A stretch of 64,000 nucleotides of DNA from Macrostomum lignano (lineage: Eukaryota), in NCBI GenBank assembly GCA_002269645.1, contig NIVC01000093.1, positions 930,001 through 994,000 of the forward strand, written 5' to 3'. Position numbers and translations under genes: made by a program. This document shows, in pieces, positions 1-11,830 of the stretch; the first letter of the stretch is position 1, and each line of letters opens with the position of its first letter. The notes under the pieces were generated by a model. The model searched no databases, had not been told where the DNA came from, and saw only the letters and a program-made list of their open reading frames with translations.

Positions 1-111
1 TATCTATCAGTGTAAAAATCACAGCAGTGCACAAGTAAGCAGCTGGTGAGCCAATACTAGAGTGGGACTTCTGGGGATTCATTTATCATTTACACAAATC
101 ACTGAACTCAC

Positions 112-1194
112 TTTTAAATCGTTGACCTCGCAGCCGTAGTGACTTTTGATGACAATTTTTCTACCAGTTTTCATCTCCGTCACCAGCACCTGACTTGGTC
201 CAACGTATTTCACGTCGAACTTGTCCTTGTACACGGCGCGCCTTGTCGAACAGTCAAACACATCAACCGCGCCGCAGAGACTGCCGCTGGCGATTCGAGA
301 TCCATCGCGGCGCCAAGCTAGGGCCGTCACCGTGTACAGATTATCGATCTCGGTAGCTGCACCCTCCTCCCAGGTGCCTTTGCTCGGGCTCCAGTTTAGC
401 AGTCGAATCCGATTGAATGAGCCAACAACCACTGTCTGACCGCTGGGACTGCAGCAGGCCACCGTGAATTCTTTCTCGTTGTCGTCGCGAGAATAGTCGA
501 ACTGCTGCAAAGGCCGACCTTCGCGCGTGTAGGCGTAGATTCGCTTGTCGGAGCCGGCCGCTACCACTGTGGCGCCGGCCCAGCACAGGGCGTAGGGCGC
601 GCTCGGATGGACGCAAAGCTTACCAGACGTCTCCCCGGTGCCTTCGTCTTCGAAAAAGTAGCGCACAATCTGACCGTCCGCATGCCCAGAGACGAAACCC
701 TTGCCGGAGAGATTGGACGCCAGGCTCACCACCAGAGATTCGCTGCTGTAGAGCGTGCTGGACTTGTTGTTCCGCGTGTTCGCCAGCCGGACTTTACCCT
801 CGGCTAAGCCAAAGATAATCTGCTGCTCCGGGGGCCAGATCATGGCTGTGACAGCCGACTGCTGCGGAAATTTGTTGCAGATAACTTTCTTGTCGCCCCA
901 GTTTTCGCCAATCTTGTACACGTAGATAATGTTGTCGGTCTGGGCTACGGCCAGCTTAGCCGAGTCCGGGCCGAATGCGATCGCGGTCACGTGATAGCTG
1001 TTCTTGCTGTACTTGGAGTCGCTCGGCTTAGTGGCAAATTTGTCCTTCCGTTCGCCGCTATCATCGTAGAGTTGGATGACCCGCTCGCTGGTACAGATGG
1101 CCAACTTCTTGCCGTTGGGCGAGAAAGCCAAACAAGCTATTCTAGCAGATCCTTCTGCTGGTTGGTGAATTGTCTTTAAATGCTTTAAGCGCAT
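112..1194 (-). CDS. IFT172: Intraflagellar transport protein 172, first coding exon (WD40 beta-propeller); the gene continues leftward out of the window
   Basis: [12 protein letters not shown]...[35 protein letters not shown]...[17 protein letters not shown] matches the IFT172 N-terminus. Donor AAA|GTGAGT after ...VNDLK at 112 (1083 nt, phase 0). The last 10 residues of the track ORF are intron. Confidence 0.95.
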
Positions 1195-2318
1195 TCTTGA
1201 TTTTTGTCAACTACACTGTCGAGCTGAAGTGACGAAGTTTATTTTGTATCGTTCAGATGCTGCTATTGAGTATTTTTTCTTGAGTCTGTGTAAGCACTTA
1301 TCTTGCATTTGTCTGCTAAAAAGGATTTGACGACAGCCTCAGACAGACGGTTACTTGCTTTTTATCCCGTGTTTAATTAATAATTATTGACATTACTAAA
1401 GCGATTTTATTCTGAGACCAACCCTGAAGTAGCCAATGTGTCTTTTTTGGAAACCATAAAAAATCGCATACTTATTACTTTTAATAAACAACGATTAAAG
1501 TAGCTAAAGTATTGCAAATAGGAAATGTTTGTTTTTTCTGATATACGGATCCTTGTTTATAGCTATTTCTGGATGAAAAAATATCAAGCCTGATTTAATG
1601 TTAATGATTCCATAACATTAAAGTAATCAGTTATTTTGTCCTCTTCATATCTATAAATATCAGCAAAAGCGCATCGTTTACATATTATACAGATATGCTA
1701 ATACATATATTTAGCTATATTCATGTGACTAATTTGTTGCTTTGAGTAAAGAGTCTAATTCATGCAACTAAATTTTAACCTAAGACAGATAGACAGATAG
1801 TTTTGTACTACTAAGAAAAGATAAATATATAATTTTTATTTGTTTATTATATTATCAATCAATTACTTCTACTCTATCTATATCTGTACCTAGAACCTTG
1901 ACTATATAAATGAAAAATGTACTTGTAAGCCCATCCCTAAGTTAATCAATGCTATTTGCGTAACTAGTAAGTACACACTGTCACTGAAGTGCAGTATAGG
2001 GAATCATTCAAGTTAATAGGTAGTGAATGTCTGAGATGTAAAATGGAAAGGAATTTTAATGTTAAAAAGCAAAGACAATGCTTCAAGTCTTAAACATTTA
2101 TCAAAAACTAACTTAGCACAGTGTGAATCTTTTTGTTTTTGTTGAACAAAATTATTCATAAATAGTTATTTACGCCCATACTATGTAAAAACAAAAAATC
2201 TTTGTTTAACTGCTTATAAAATTTTGAAAAGCGTTTATTTATTTATTTGCTCAGCCAGTCTCGTTTAAACTGCGGTGGTCCTCTATCAAACTGACACACG
2301 TGCATACTCACATCAAAA
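1195..2318. promoter_or_regulatory. Divergent intergenic region, putative bidirectional promoter of IFT172 and NDUFAB1
   Basis: Start codons at 1194 (minus) and 2319 (plus) are ~1.1 kb apart, head-to-head, with an AT-rich spacer. No motif was positively identified. Confidence 0.5.
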
Positions 2319-2468
2319 ATGCTTGGAATTTGTCGTACTAAAGCTTCTTTGACTTTGCAACGGCTTGCTAAACTGAACTCATTTCGAGCGCTGAGCAGCT
2401 TGGGCTTCACTGTTATGCCTAAATTTGCTTTGCCAAGTTCAAACAAGCACATCAGCACTTTGAGCGGG
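2319..2468 (+). CDS. NDUFAB1: Mitochondrial acyl carrier protein exon 1 (mitochondrial targeting peptide)
   Basis: ATG at 2319 gives MLGICRTKASLTLQRLAKLNSFRALSSLGFTVMPKFALPSSNKHISTLSG: R/K/S/L-rich, no acidic residues. Donor GG|GTAAGG, phase 0, compatible with exon 2. Not in the ORF track. Confidence 0.75.
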
Positions 2469-2943
2469 GTAAGGTCTTTTTTTCCGAAGTCCTTGTGATG
2501 TACTGTTTAGTTATTACCTTAGTCTTGTATTTAAAATACTGCGGTATAGTTAGGCATAGGCCCCCTAGCCATAGAGCTCTAACTGTTAAATAGCACTGCT
2601 ATCAATATTAGGCCTGTAGCAATTGTAAATAGGCCTACTTTAGCTAGGCACTTTTAACCTAGTCCCTCCCGACTCTAGTCTCTTATTACTTGTCTTTTAA
2701 GTTTGAGGTTTTAATAATGCTTAGAGTTTAGCCTAGGTTGCACTCAGGAAGGTGTCACGTGTATGGAAACGTGTTCCATAATTTTTTGCAGTGTGCACTG
2801 TCCATAGGCCCTAGTCTAGATCATGATAAGCATATGCCAAAATGAAAATTGAAGTTTTTTTAACTTTACACTTATGTAACATAAAAAAATTTTTTTACAC
2901 AAAACCCAAAATTTTTATAGGCCTATGCCATGTTTTAAGAATA

Positions 2944-3485
2944 CCATAGTGTGGATCATGCTAAGTGCACGCGAGAAACGACCTAAAGCTAATTCCCAAA
3001 AGCACGCCGACGACAAGCAAATGCACGCCGATAAATTAAAAATCAAATTGAAGACAAAAAACGTATTTTAAATTGCTAATAAAATAATAATAGTAATTAT
3101 TATTAATAATAGTAATTTTAAATTGCTTTAAATTGTGTAAAACAAAGCAACAAACGATGTACAAAAAATGATATATTTTTAAAAACGTGTATTTCTCATA
3201 TATTAATTTATTTAACAGTCTTATACACTGTTTATTTACAATAGTTTTTTTCCAAAGTTAAATACAATAATATGTATTTTATGTCTGCTTACCATTGTAT
3301 TGGCAGCTTTGCCACATCAGGTGCCAGGCACGCGGCGCATGCCAGGCATGCCAGTGTATTTATGTAGTGTGCATTATGCATGCCAAATGCACGCCACTTA
3401 CCTAATTGCACGCCGGTGTACGCCACTTTTGAAAATGCACGCGGGAAAATTCTCACGTGCACTACATACATGATCTACACTATGG
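2944..3485. mobile_element. TA-flanked MITE in NDUFAB1 intron 1
   Basis: TA|CCATAGTGTGGATCATG..GTGCACGCGAGAA versus TTCTCACGTGCAC..CATGATCTACACTATGG|TA form imperfect ~30-bp terminal inverted repeats. Confidence 0.7.
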
Positions 3486-4008
3486 TAAGAATATATATTT
3501 TTAGGAATTAATAAAAGTTTTAGTGTTTTACTAAACTTTAAAATGGCTATTTTTTGCCAAAAATAGATGTTCTTAGTTTTAGTTTTGTTTTTCTTATGAT
3601 TATATTATTATTTTCTATTTTAGTTTCTAATATTTTAAAGAGCTTTCAACATTGCTTGATATTTAGTTAGCTATAAAAATACATTAGCCTTGAACTTGGC
3701 TATTTTTTATATGCTAACTATGTACACTTCATGTTGATTACACTCCGGATCATAGAGGATAGAATTCTTGCAAAAAAGTTGTTACACATTTGTACACACT
3801 TGTCAAATTTGTGCACACTTGCACGCTAAAAAGGAGCTTACTTGCGCATTCTTAAAGAAGATGTGTGTGCGCTCCATCGTATGCACTTGCACAAGAAGCT
3901 GTTTGCCACAGAATCACAAACAGGATTTGACTTTTACATGCATTCAACATTGTTATATGCCATGTGGCGTATGTGTGCTCAAGTTTTCCTATTTTTCATA
4001 GTCCAGAA

Positions 4009-4794
4009 GGCTCATTCCATATAAGCATGGTCGTAACATGACAGGTTATTTTTACTTATAAAATGAAATCTAATAATAGAATATACTAAACCAATATTTT
4101 AAATGAAAGATTATTTTGTCTAGAATATATTTATAGAGTTTCATATAGATATCATCATTAGTATAGATGCTATTAAACCTTAAATGACACTTATGGTCGT
4201 AACGACAGGATTTTTGACATATAGAAACTAAAAGGTAAAAGTCTTATAACATTTTTTCATTTTTGATATTTTGCAATACATTTTTAAAATTTGACTAAGA
4301 ACATCTTTAGAAATCATACTCTTTTATTAGAATATATAAACTCAAAAGGCAACAAAGATACAAAAGAAAAGGCAGCCTTCTGGTCGTAACATTATGGTCG
4401 TAACATATTTTTTCTGTCAATTCAGTAACTTTGAGGTACTAATACATTAAAAATATAATAGATTATTTGGTCACTAATGCTTTTATCTAATGATGCAAGT
4501 ACTATACTTTTATCTATAGTTTGTTTCAACCTTCAAAAGCTTTCTATTTGTTTTTAAAAGGTACAAAATCTTAATGATGTCTTTTGCTTCGAAAAATGTC
4601 CAAATTTTTACAAAAATGACTTTTTGCCAATTGATAACATACTAATCCAACATTTTACCATTCCTTTATTCTTAGATTGTATATATTGCACAATATAAAC
4701 ATTTGGTAAAAAAATAGGCTAATTAGGCAATGGCAAGCAAAAATATTGACTTTTTTCTATTTTCCAAATATGTCCATCTTATATGGAATGAGCC
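4009..4794. mobile_element. Non-autonomous TIR element with a 4-bp target-site duplication
   Basis: AGAA|GGCTCATTCCATATAAG ... CTTATATGGAATGAGCC|AGAA: perfect 17-bp TIR and AGAA direct repeat. The interior is AT-rich with repeated TGGTCGTAAC motifs. Confidence 0.75.
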
Positions 4795-5671
4795 AGAAAG
4801 TGTTTTTTTGCTAAAAAATTTCAAAACAAAAGTAAAACAAAGAATAATGTTTTTTTAGCAAAAACAGTTACTTTAAAGTTTAGTAAAACTCTTATAATTT
4901 TTAAAGAATATTTTCTCTAAAAAATATAATGTTCAAGCTACTTTACACTTGGAATACAATTTTTTAATTTACGTCGGCGTAGAATTGAAAAACTAGAAAA
5001 ATGAAATTTCATTTTTTGCACATTGGCTATGATCCGCATCAGTGTTGCCACCATTGCGATTTTTTATTGCTCAACAATTTTTAATCACTCAGCAATAATT
5101 TTGTCTATTGTGCTCATTTCCTGCAATTTTTTGTGGACACCAGTCCTTTCAACCTTTTTTTCAAGTACTGTGTTTCATTTTGTGCTCAATTTAAATGTCA
5201 AAATGTCATCAATATAGCATGAGGCTGTGCAAGCCTCCAGTTTTGAAGCTTGGCGAAAGGAGATTGAGCATTCTGCGGTCAAGCAAGCACTGAAGAAAGC
5301 TGCTGACAAAACAGCTCGGCAAAAGAGATAGCCAGAGTTTGGCGCTCGATCTGTCCTGCCAAAGGTTCCAAAGAAAAAATGAACATCCTCTGAAGAGCCT
5401 GCAGTTTTGCCTGACTAACGTGTGACTAGCCAAACAAAGATTCATGTAAAAGTATTTCTTCCCCTACAGTAACCGACATTGATCAACAATTAAAATATTA
5501 AAAGAATTCATTTCAGCTATATAGAGTTAAGAACAGATTCAGACAACTGGAATATAGCACAAAATTTAGTTGTAAAATTGTTATTACTCATCAGTGGTCG
5601 TGGGTAGCATCTTGTGTTTTAGTTGGTTGCTTGGGTTGGTTCCATAATGAACATCAGTAATCTATATTATA

Positions 5672-6284
5672 CACTCACCAACAGTCAAAACCACCACCCT
5701 ACCAAGAGAGGTGACTTCTCTCTCACCTCAACTTCAAGTGACGCAACTTGCACCATGGTATGGCTAAAGCTAGGTGTGAGTGAATGCAGGAGAGGGCAAT
5801 CAGGGAATGCAGGGGATGCCCCATCTGCTTCTTTCACCCCACATTAGACGGAGCAGGGTGGCTGGCGCAGTCGGAGTTCGCCTGACAATCTGCAGCAGAC
5901 GTCGATTTGCCTTGGCTATTGAGCCGCAGAGATCATGGTGCTGGCTGCCTGTGGCTGCGTGCTGAACACTACCAGTATCTTGGGACTTCGTTAACAGCGC
6001 TCGAATTGTTAAACGTGATAGGCCAAATTGGTGAGCAACTGCGCTGATGGATGCACCAGCTTTGAGCATGCCAACAGTGCGCCATCGTTCAGCATCTGTC
6101 ATATGCCTGACCATTGTCACGTATACTGTTGTACCCCCAACCCCAGTCCCTTTTGTACTCTCACCCTGGAATTCACTCTCACCCAGCTTTAGCCACGCTG
6201 TGGTGCAAGTTACGTCACTTGCAGTTGAGGTGAGAGAGAAGTCGCCTCTCTTGGTAGGGTGGCAGTTTCGACTGTTCCTGAGTG
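5672..6284 (-). mobile_element. Internally deleted Tc1-family transposon retaining the N-terminal HTH (ORF 5800-6120)
   Basis: TA|CACTC...GAGTG|TA with ~120-bp TIRs (5672-5790 vs 6165-6284). ORF MVRHMTDAERWRTVGMLKAGASISAVAHQFGLSRLTIRALLTKSQDTGSV is a Tc1/Tc3-type paired-like HTH. No DDE domain. Confidence 0.85.
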
Positions 6285-6859
6285 TATGTATGCCTGTCTT
6301 CCCTTAATAAAATGCTTGTTGTATTACTACTTACTTCACCTTTACTGATTCAGCGTAAATGAGAGTTGAATGCAGTTACTGCAAATTGTAGTAGTTTTTT
6401 TTAGTCAAATAGAATATGGAATTAGAAATAGAATGCTAAAAAAAGAAAGTTGTTTTTGCATACTGGCACCTTTTTCTCTATGACAAATAAGAAATATGTT
6501 CCTGCAATTTTTTTCTTATCCTGCGATAATTTCTTTGGTTGTTGTAGTGGCAACACTGATCTGCATTATGGCTTATTTTTACAGTTACAATTATATACTA
6601 ATTGATATACTTCAATCAATTATGCCTTAAAATGTGTCCAAAAGTAAATTTCACATAGGGCATATAGAGATTATACATGTTAGGTAACCTGTTGTAAGGT
6701 AAATTTTTCTGATCAGCTTTTGCTGTCTTACTATGCATTAAAACATTCTGTTAGGCCTTTGGTATTCACCTTGAATGCCACTTTGTGCATATTTTTTGTT
6801 TATATATGCTAGAATTTTTTCTTTTAATATCCACCTTCTTAGGTATAGAGCCTAGTCTA

Positions 6860-7031
6860 TATCATATATGCGCAACTTTGGGAATCACTAGGCCATTTCT
6901 ATTGGCAACACATACATGTAAGTTGCTATTGGCTGAAAGCAATCATGTGACTACTTTTCTGTCCAATAGCAACTTACATGTGTGTGTGTGTGTTGCCAAT
7001 AGAAATGGCCGAGTGAATCCTAAGGTTGCAC
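6860..7031. mobile_element. Foldback (hairpin) MITE
   Basis: TCACTAGGCCATTTCTATTGGCAACACATACATGTAAGTTGCTATTGG is mirrored by CCAATAGCAACTTACATGTG..TGTTGCCAATAGAAATGGCCGAGTGA. Confidence 0.7.
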
Positions 7032-8389
7032 CCAAGCATAGTCTATATTTCATTGTAAAAAAACTATATAGAATTTTGTAATTAGAAAGGTAGATGAAAT
7101 AGCTCATACCTAATTTTTAAAAGAATATAGATTCTCTCTAAGGAATCAAAGCAACTCAAATGCTAATGCACTTGTACATGTGCAACCTCTAAAATTCAAA
7201 CAGCTGTGCAAATTAGTTTTAACAAAAAATGTGACATCATTTTTGGCCAAAAATGCTACTTAAAAGAAACCCTAAAGCAAAATTAATGCAACTTTAGGTA
7301 AACAGCAGGAGTAACTATGACTGTCTTGTTAAGCTAAAATGCCTCATTATATACTTAGTACTACTTGGGTATTTATTTGGGTAGGAATTTTTGCAACTTA
7401 CCTTAGTTGGCCGCCAAATTGGCCAACTGTTGTGCATATATAAATGCACTTTTATCTTTATTGATTTGCCTTAAGGTTCAAGTATATTTTGGGCAAACAA
7501 AACAAAGAAATTCTGCTCTAGAATATACAAATGGCTTTAAAAATAGAATATAAACAAAAGTGGAACTTAAAGGATATAGGAGAGTGGCTTTGCCAAATAG
7601 ACAATATGAAAAAATATAGTAGTACATCAATGCATTCATAAGAGATGGTTTGTGTATACATTCTCTCAATGCATAATACTGGCATAGCAGATACCATGTA
7701 CCAGTTATATTGGCAAAAACATTTTGTCATTTTGGCAAAAGCCATTGAAAAAAAAACATTTTGGCTAGGCTTTTTTCATGGGTGCCAAGATGCAAAATTG
7801 CATCTATGAGCTATAGCGTCCAATTTTAAGATATGATTTTGATAGTCAAGATATCATATAGTATCCATATTGCATAAAAACCTAGCCTGCATTTTTTTGC
7901 TAATGCTAAGATGCTAAATCACATCCAAGGTCTATTTTGAAAGTGCAATTTTGAAAGTCAAGACTATATAGTGTCCTTATCATACAAAAAATAAATCCAG
8001 CATTTTTGTGAAAGTCATTTTGGCAAAAGTCAAATAGATATATCACAATTTGAAATTGTACCTAGTCTAAACAAAAGGACCATGTGTTTAAATACAATAG
8101 ACATTAAGTATGGTAAAAATGCTTTGTTTTTAGAAAGCAAAGTAGATATTATTTAGTGATTGGTCATTGGTTAAGAACAAATTCAACTAAAACCAAACTA
8201 GTTAAGCTAGTATACAAAGCTTGATGAGTGCTATTAAAATTTTATTTTATAATATATAATATATATTATCACATGTGTATATGATGATTTTAACATATAT
8301 ATGGATAGGAAGCAAGTAATAAAAAACTATATATGTATATATATATATATGATGTGATTTAGCGTGCAAAATGCTTCAATATAAATCTA

Positions 8390-8588
8390 CAGTGGTGGAT
8401 CTAGAATTTTATTCTGGAAGTGGTCCAAGTATTTGGGGTACCAGAATGAGTATGAGGGGCACCAATTTTTAAGCTAGGGGCACAATAATGCATATAGGGG
8501 CGAAAAATCAAGCTTATGGGTGCAATATGTTTTATTAAGCTATTTTGGGGGCAGCTGCCCTCCTGCCCCCTCCCTAAATCTGTCCCTG
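8390..8588. mobile_element. hAT-like MITE (CAG...CTG ends), degraded
   Basis: CAGTGGTGGATCTAG ... CTAAATCTGTCCCTG imperfect TIR; interior GGGGC blocks. No clean TSD. Confidence 0.5.
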
Positions 8589-8864
8589 TATATTCAATAT
8601 AATAGTCATCTTTCTTGCCTAAATCAAATGCCTCGATTTTGAAATGAAGATATGATTTTTTCCTATCTCTACAATTAGTATTTTCCATTAAATAGGCCTC
8701 GGAAAAAGTTCAGGATCTTTAGGTTTTAGTTGTACTATCATATATCATTAGGTTTAACAGATATTTTTGCTGTGCACTGTTTTTGAGACACAATGTATCT
8801 TTTAAGCTTGTTGTTCTTGTGTAATAGACAAAGATAGCAAAAATCCCTTTGTCCTTATTTTTAG

Positions 8865-9002
8865 ATCTCTCAACATGCCATTCAAAGGTGCAGCCAATGG
8901 CGATGTTATGCTAGTGCCTCTTCAGCCGGCTTGAGTCAGGACAAGATTACTGAGAGGGTTATGACTGTGATCAAACTGTTTGAAAAGATCAGCGCAGAAA
9001 AG
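8865..9002 (+). CDS. NDUFAB1: Mitochondrial acyl carrier protein exon 2
   Basis: Acceptor tttttag|. Reads ISQHAIQRCSQWRCYASASSAGLSQDKITERVMTVIKLFEKISAEK, then donor AAG|GTGAGA; aligns to the RVLYVLKLYDKIDPEK segment of NDUFAB1. Confidence 0.9.
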
Positions 9003-9074
9003 GTGAGAAATCCTTTCTAAGCATTTTATTTTGTGCGAAAAATCAAGTAACTTAAAACACCTCTCCAAACATGA

Positions 9075-9263
<189 letters not shown>

Positions 9264-10324
9264 CATTTCTAGCTACATTAAAATTCATATTTCCCGTTGA
9301 ATTTAGTGACAATTAACTGAAAGACATCCGAGAGGTATTTAGCACGCCTGTTAGAAAAACAAGTTGACTGATCTATTATTTAAATCAGTAATTAATAAGC
9401 TTGCATACGTTTCATATTAATGTGTATTTACAAATCCTGTTTTAGTTTCTATACATCTACTAATTGAGCCTTCTCCCTTGTTAGAAAAATGTGTTGGATT
9501 ACTGCAGTAAAGTAACATCATTTGTGCAGTGAAATAGATATAGATTAAATAAAAAACCGAGCGTGTAAATTAAAATACATTAGCGTTGTTAACTTACTTC
9601 GCTGAATTAAAAAGTCACTTCTTTATAGCTCAATTTTATTAACGCATCGTTGTCTTCTATTATTATTATTTTCTGCTTTTTACGCTCGTACTATAAGTAG
9701 GTTGTTAAGAAAGTCTATTTTTGTAGAATTTCGAGCTACCGGCCGGACTTGTCTAAATCTTGAAATGGTGAGTCCAACGAAATTTTTTGTAACGAAATTT
9801 ATTTGTCCTAATTAAATTTGCTTTTTTAAATGATGTCTGGTATTCGTACTGTCTGAGTCTTTCGTGCTGAGTACAAAGCTAATATGCTACTGACTATTGT
9901 GTAAGAAACAATATTTACATAGACGATTAAAAAAGCAGCTGGTTGTCAAGCAGTTAACTTTACCATTTTCCACCCCTTTCATTATCTCTATTTTAGTTCA
10001 ACATTAAAAGCGGTGAACAATCAAATCAATATGCCTGTGAGTATCAATAATTTGTCATGTCTCTTTCTTAAAACCATGATAAAGTTATTACATGATATTT
10101 TAAAAGCCGCTTGACATGATGTCTGATTGTATTCGTACTGTCTGATTTCACAGACTTGAAGATATTGATTCAATAGACAAATCTGATTTTTTAAACCGTA
10201 TATAGTACTTGCAGTACTTTTTATTGTAAAATTGACATTACAGCACTGATAATATTTTTTGTAAACATTTTTTAGGATCGACAGTACGTCTGCATGTAAT
10301 CCGTTTGTCGGCGCCTGGTTAAAG

Positions 10325-10700
10325 TAAGTCAGTCTATATTGTAGTCCAGTTTCTATTAAACACGTACAGTCAGTCTATATTGTAGTGCAGTTTCTATTAA
10401 ACACATGTACAGTCAGTCTATATTGTAGTGCCGTTTCTATTAAACACATGTACAGTCAGTCTATACTGTAGTGCCGTTTCTATTAAACACATGTACAGTC
10501 AGTCTATATTGTAGTGCCGTTTCTATTAAACACATGTACAGTCAGTCTATTTTGTAGTGCAGTTTCTATTAAACACATGTACAGTCAGTCTATTTTGTAG
10601 TGCAGTTTCAATTAAACACATTTACAGTCAGTCTATATTGTAGTGCAGTTTCTATTAAACACACGTACAGTCAGTCTATATTGTAGTGCAGTTTCTAAGT
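10325..10700. repeat. 43-bp minisatellite, ~8-9 copies
   Basis: Unit GTACAGTCAGTCTATATTGTAGTGCAGTTTCTATTAAACACAT recurs at 10407, 10450 and onward; one stray copy lies near 10880-10945. Confidence 0.95.
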
Positions 10701-11208
10701 TTCTAGTAAACACACTAGCAATCAGTGCCCCCGTGAGGGAGCCAAGAAAAATATAAAAAATTTTAATAAACTACATGTAGCTTCTGGCCTTGACCTTGAC
10801 ATCTCAGCAATTCCCCCCGTGAGCCTTGAGACTTCAGTAGTTCTCCCCAGGATGTTTTACATACGCAGTCATGGTACAGTTTCTAGTAAACACATGTACA
10901 GTCAGTCTTTATTGTAGTGCAGCTTTTATTCAACACATGTACAGCCTGTTGTACTTATCAATAGCATAAAGAACGAAGCGCTTTGGAAGGAATACACTTA
11001 GAAAAGTAATATTTCCACTTTTAATTGTATTCGTGCATGCAAATTCGCTGTCTATAAAAACGCAGTCGGACTGCACAGCATTAGGGTTCTAGCTGTGCAG
11101 ATTCCAATAATTGATTCGTCTCTTTATCCTTTCATATTTCCGCTTCACCTGCGTTTTAATTAATCCGTTTTACTCTAGGGTTTGTTATTATAACGTCATT
11201 GTTTCCTA

Positions 11209-11830
11209 CAGGGTCCTGCAGCTGGAAAAAATCAGATTTTAATTTCCTATTACAGTCCTGAGTTAGGCTGGAAACATCACTGACTCTGTTATGACGTGTG
11301 ACATTTGGTCGTCGGCAGAGACGAGGCTTTGGTGTACAGCTTCGACCCCGAAAGTAGGCAGCCCACCTTCAAAATTGGTTCAGTCACGAAGCGTGGCCAA
11401 GCAGATGGTGGCTGTTTTCGTGGCTCGTAGCGGTCCACTGGCAGTTATTCCGTTGGTAACACAGCACACAGAGGTTGTCAACCAGCATTGGACTGTGAGC
11501 ATGCCTCAAGTTCGGCAACCTGTTATTGGTGAGATGCGCCTAAAGACGCAACATCAGGGCACACACAGCCCGACAAAATATTGAGTTCATGGAGCAGAAC
11601 CGCGTCCAGCTGCTTCAGCATCCACCTTCACCCCTGACCTAGCCCTGTGCGACTTTGTCTTGCCTTGTGTATGCTCAAGGGAGTTCGATTTGAGTCACCA
11701 GAACTGGCTGTTGAGGCATTCTCCAGCATCCTGTTTGACATCCATCAGTCGGAGTTGGTTAGCAGCTATATTGGTTTGAAATGATGAGGAAGTACATTGA
11801 TGCATCTTGAGAGTACTTTATGATAAACAT
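11209..11830 (+). pseudogene. Decayed mariner (DD34D-type) transposase
   Basis: Starts TA|CAGGGT. Frameshifted remnants read KQMVAVFVARSGPLAVIPL, EFMEQNRVQLLQHPP(Y)SPDLALCDF and KGVRFESPELAVEAF, matching the mariner catalytic region with the YSPDL motif. Confidence 0.85.

Noticed and set aside
9740-10325. Possible small gene (ATG|GTGAGT at ~9765 and a short exon at 10276-10323)
   Set aside because: Joining them gives a stop after 8 codons; no homology or further exons.
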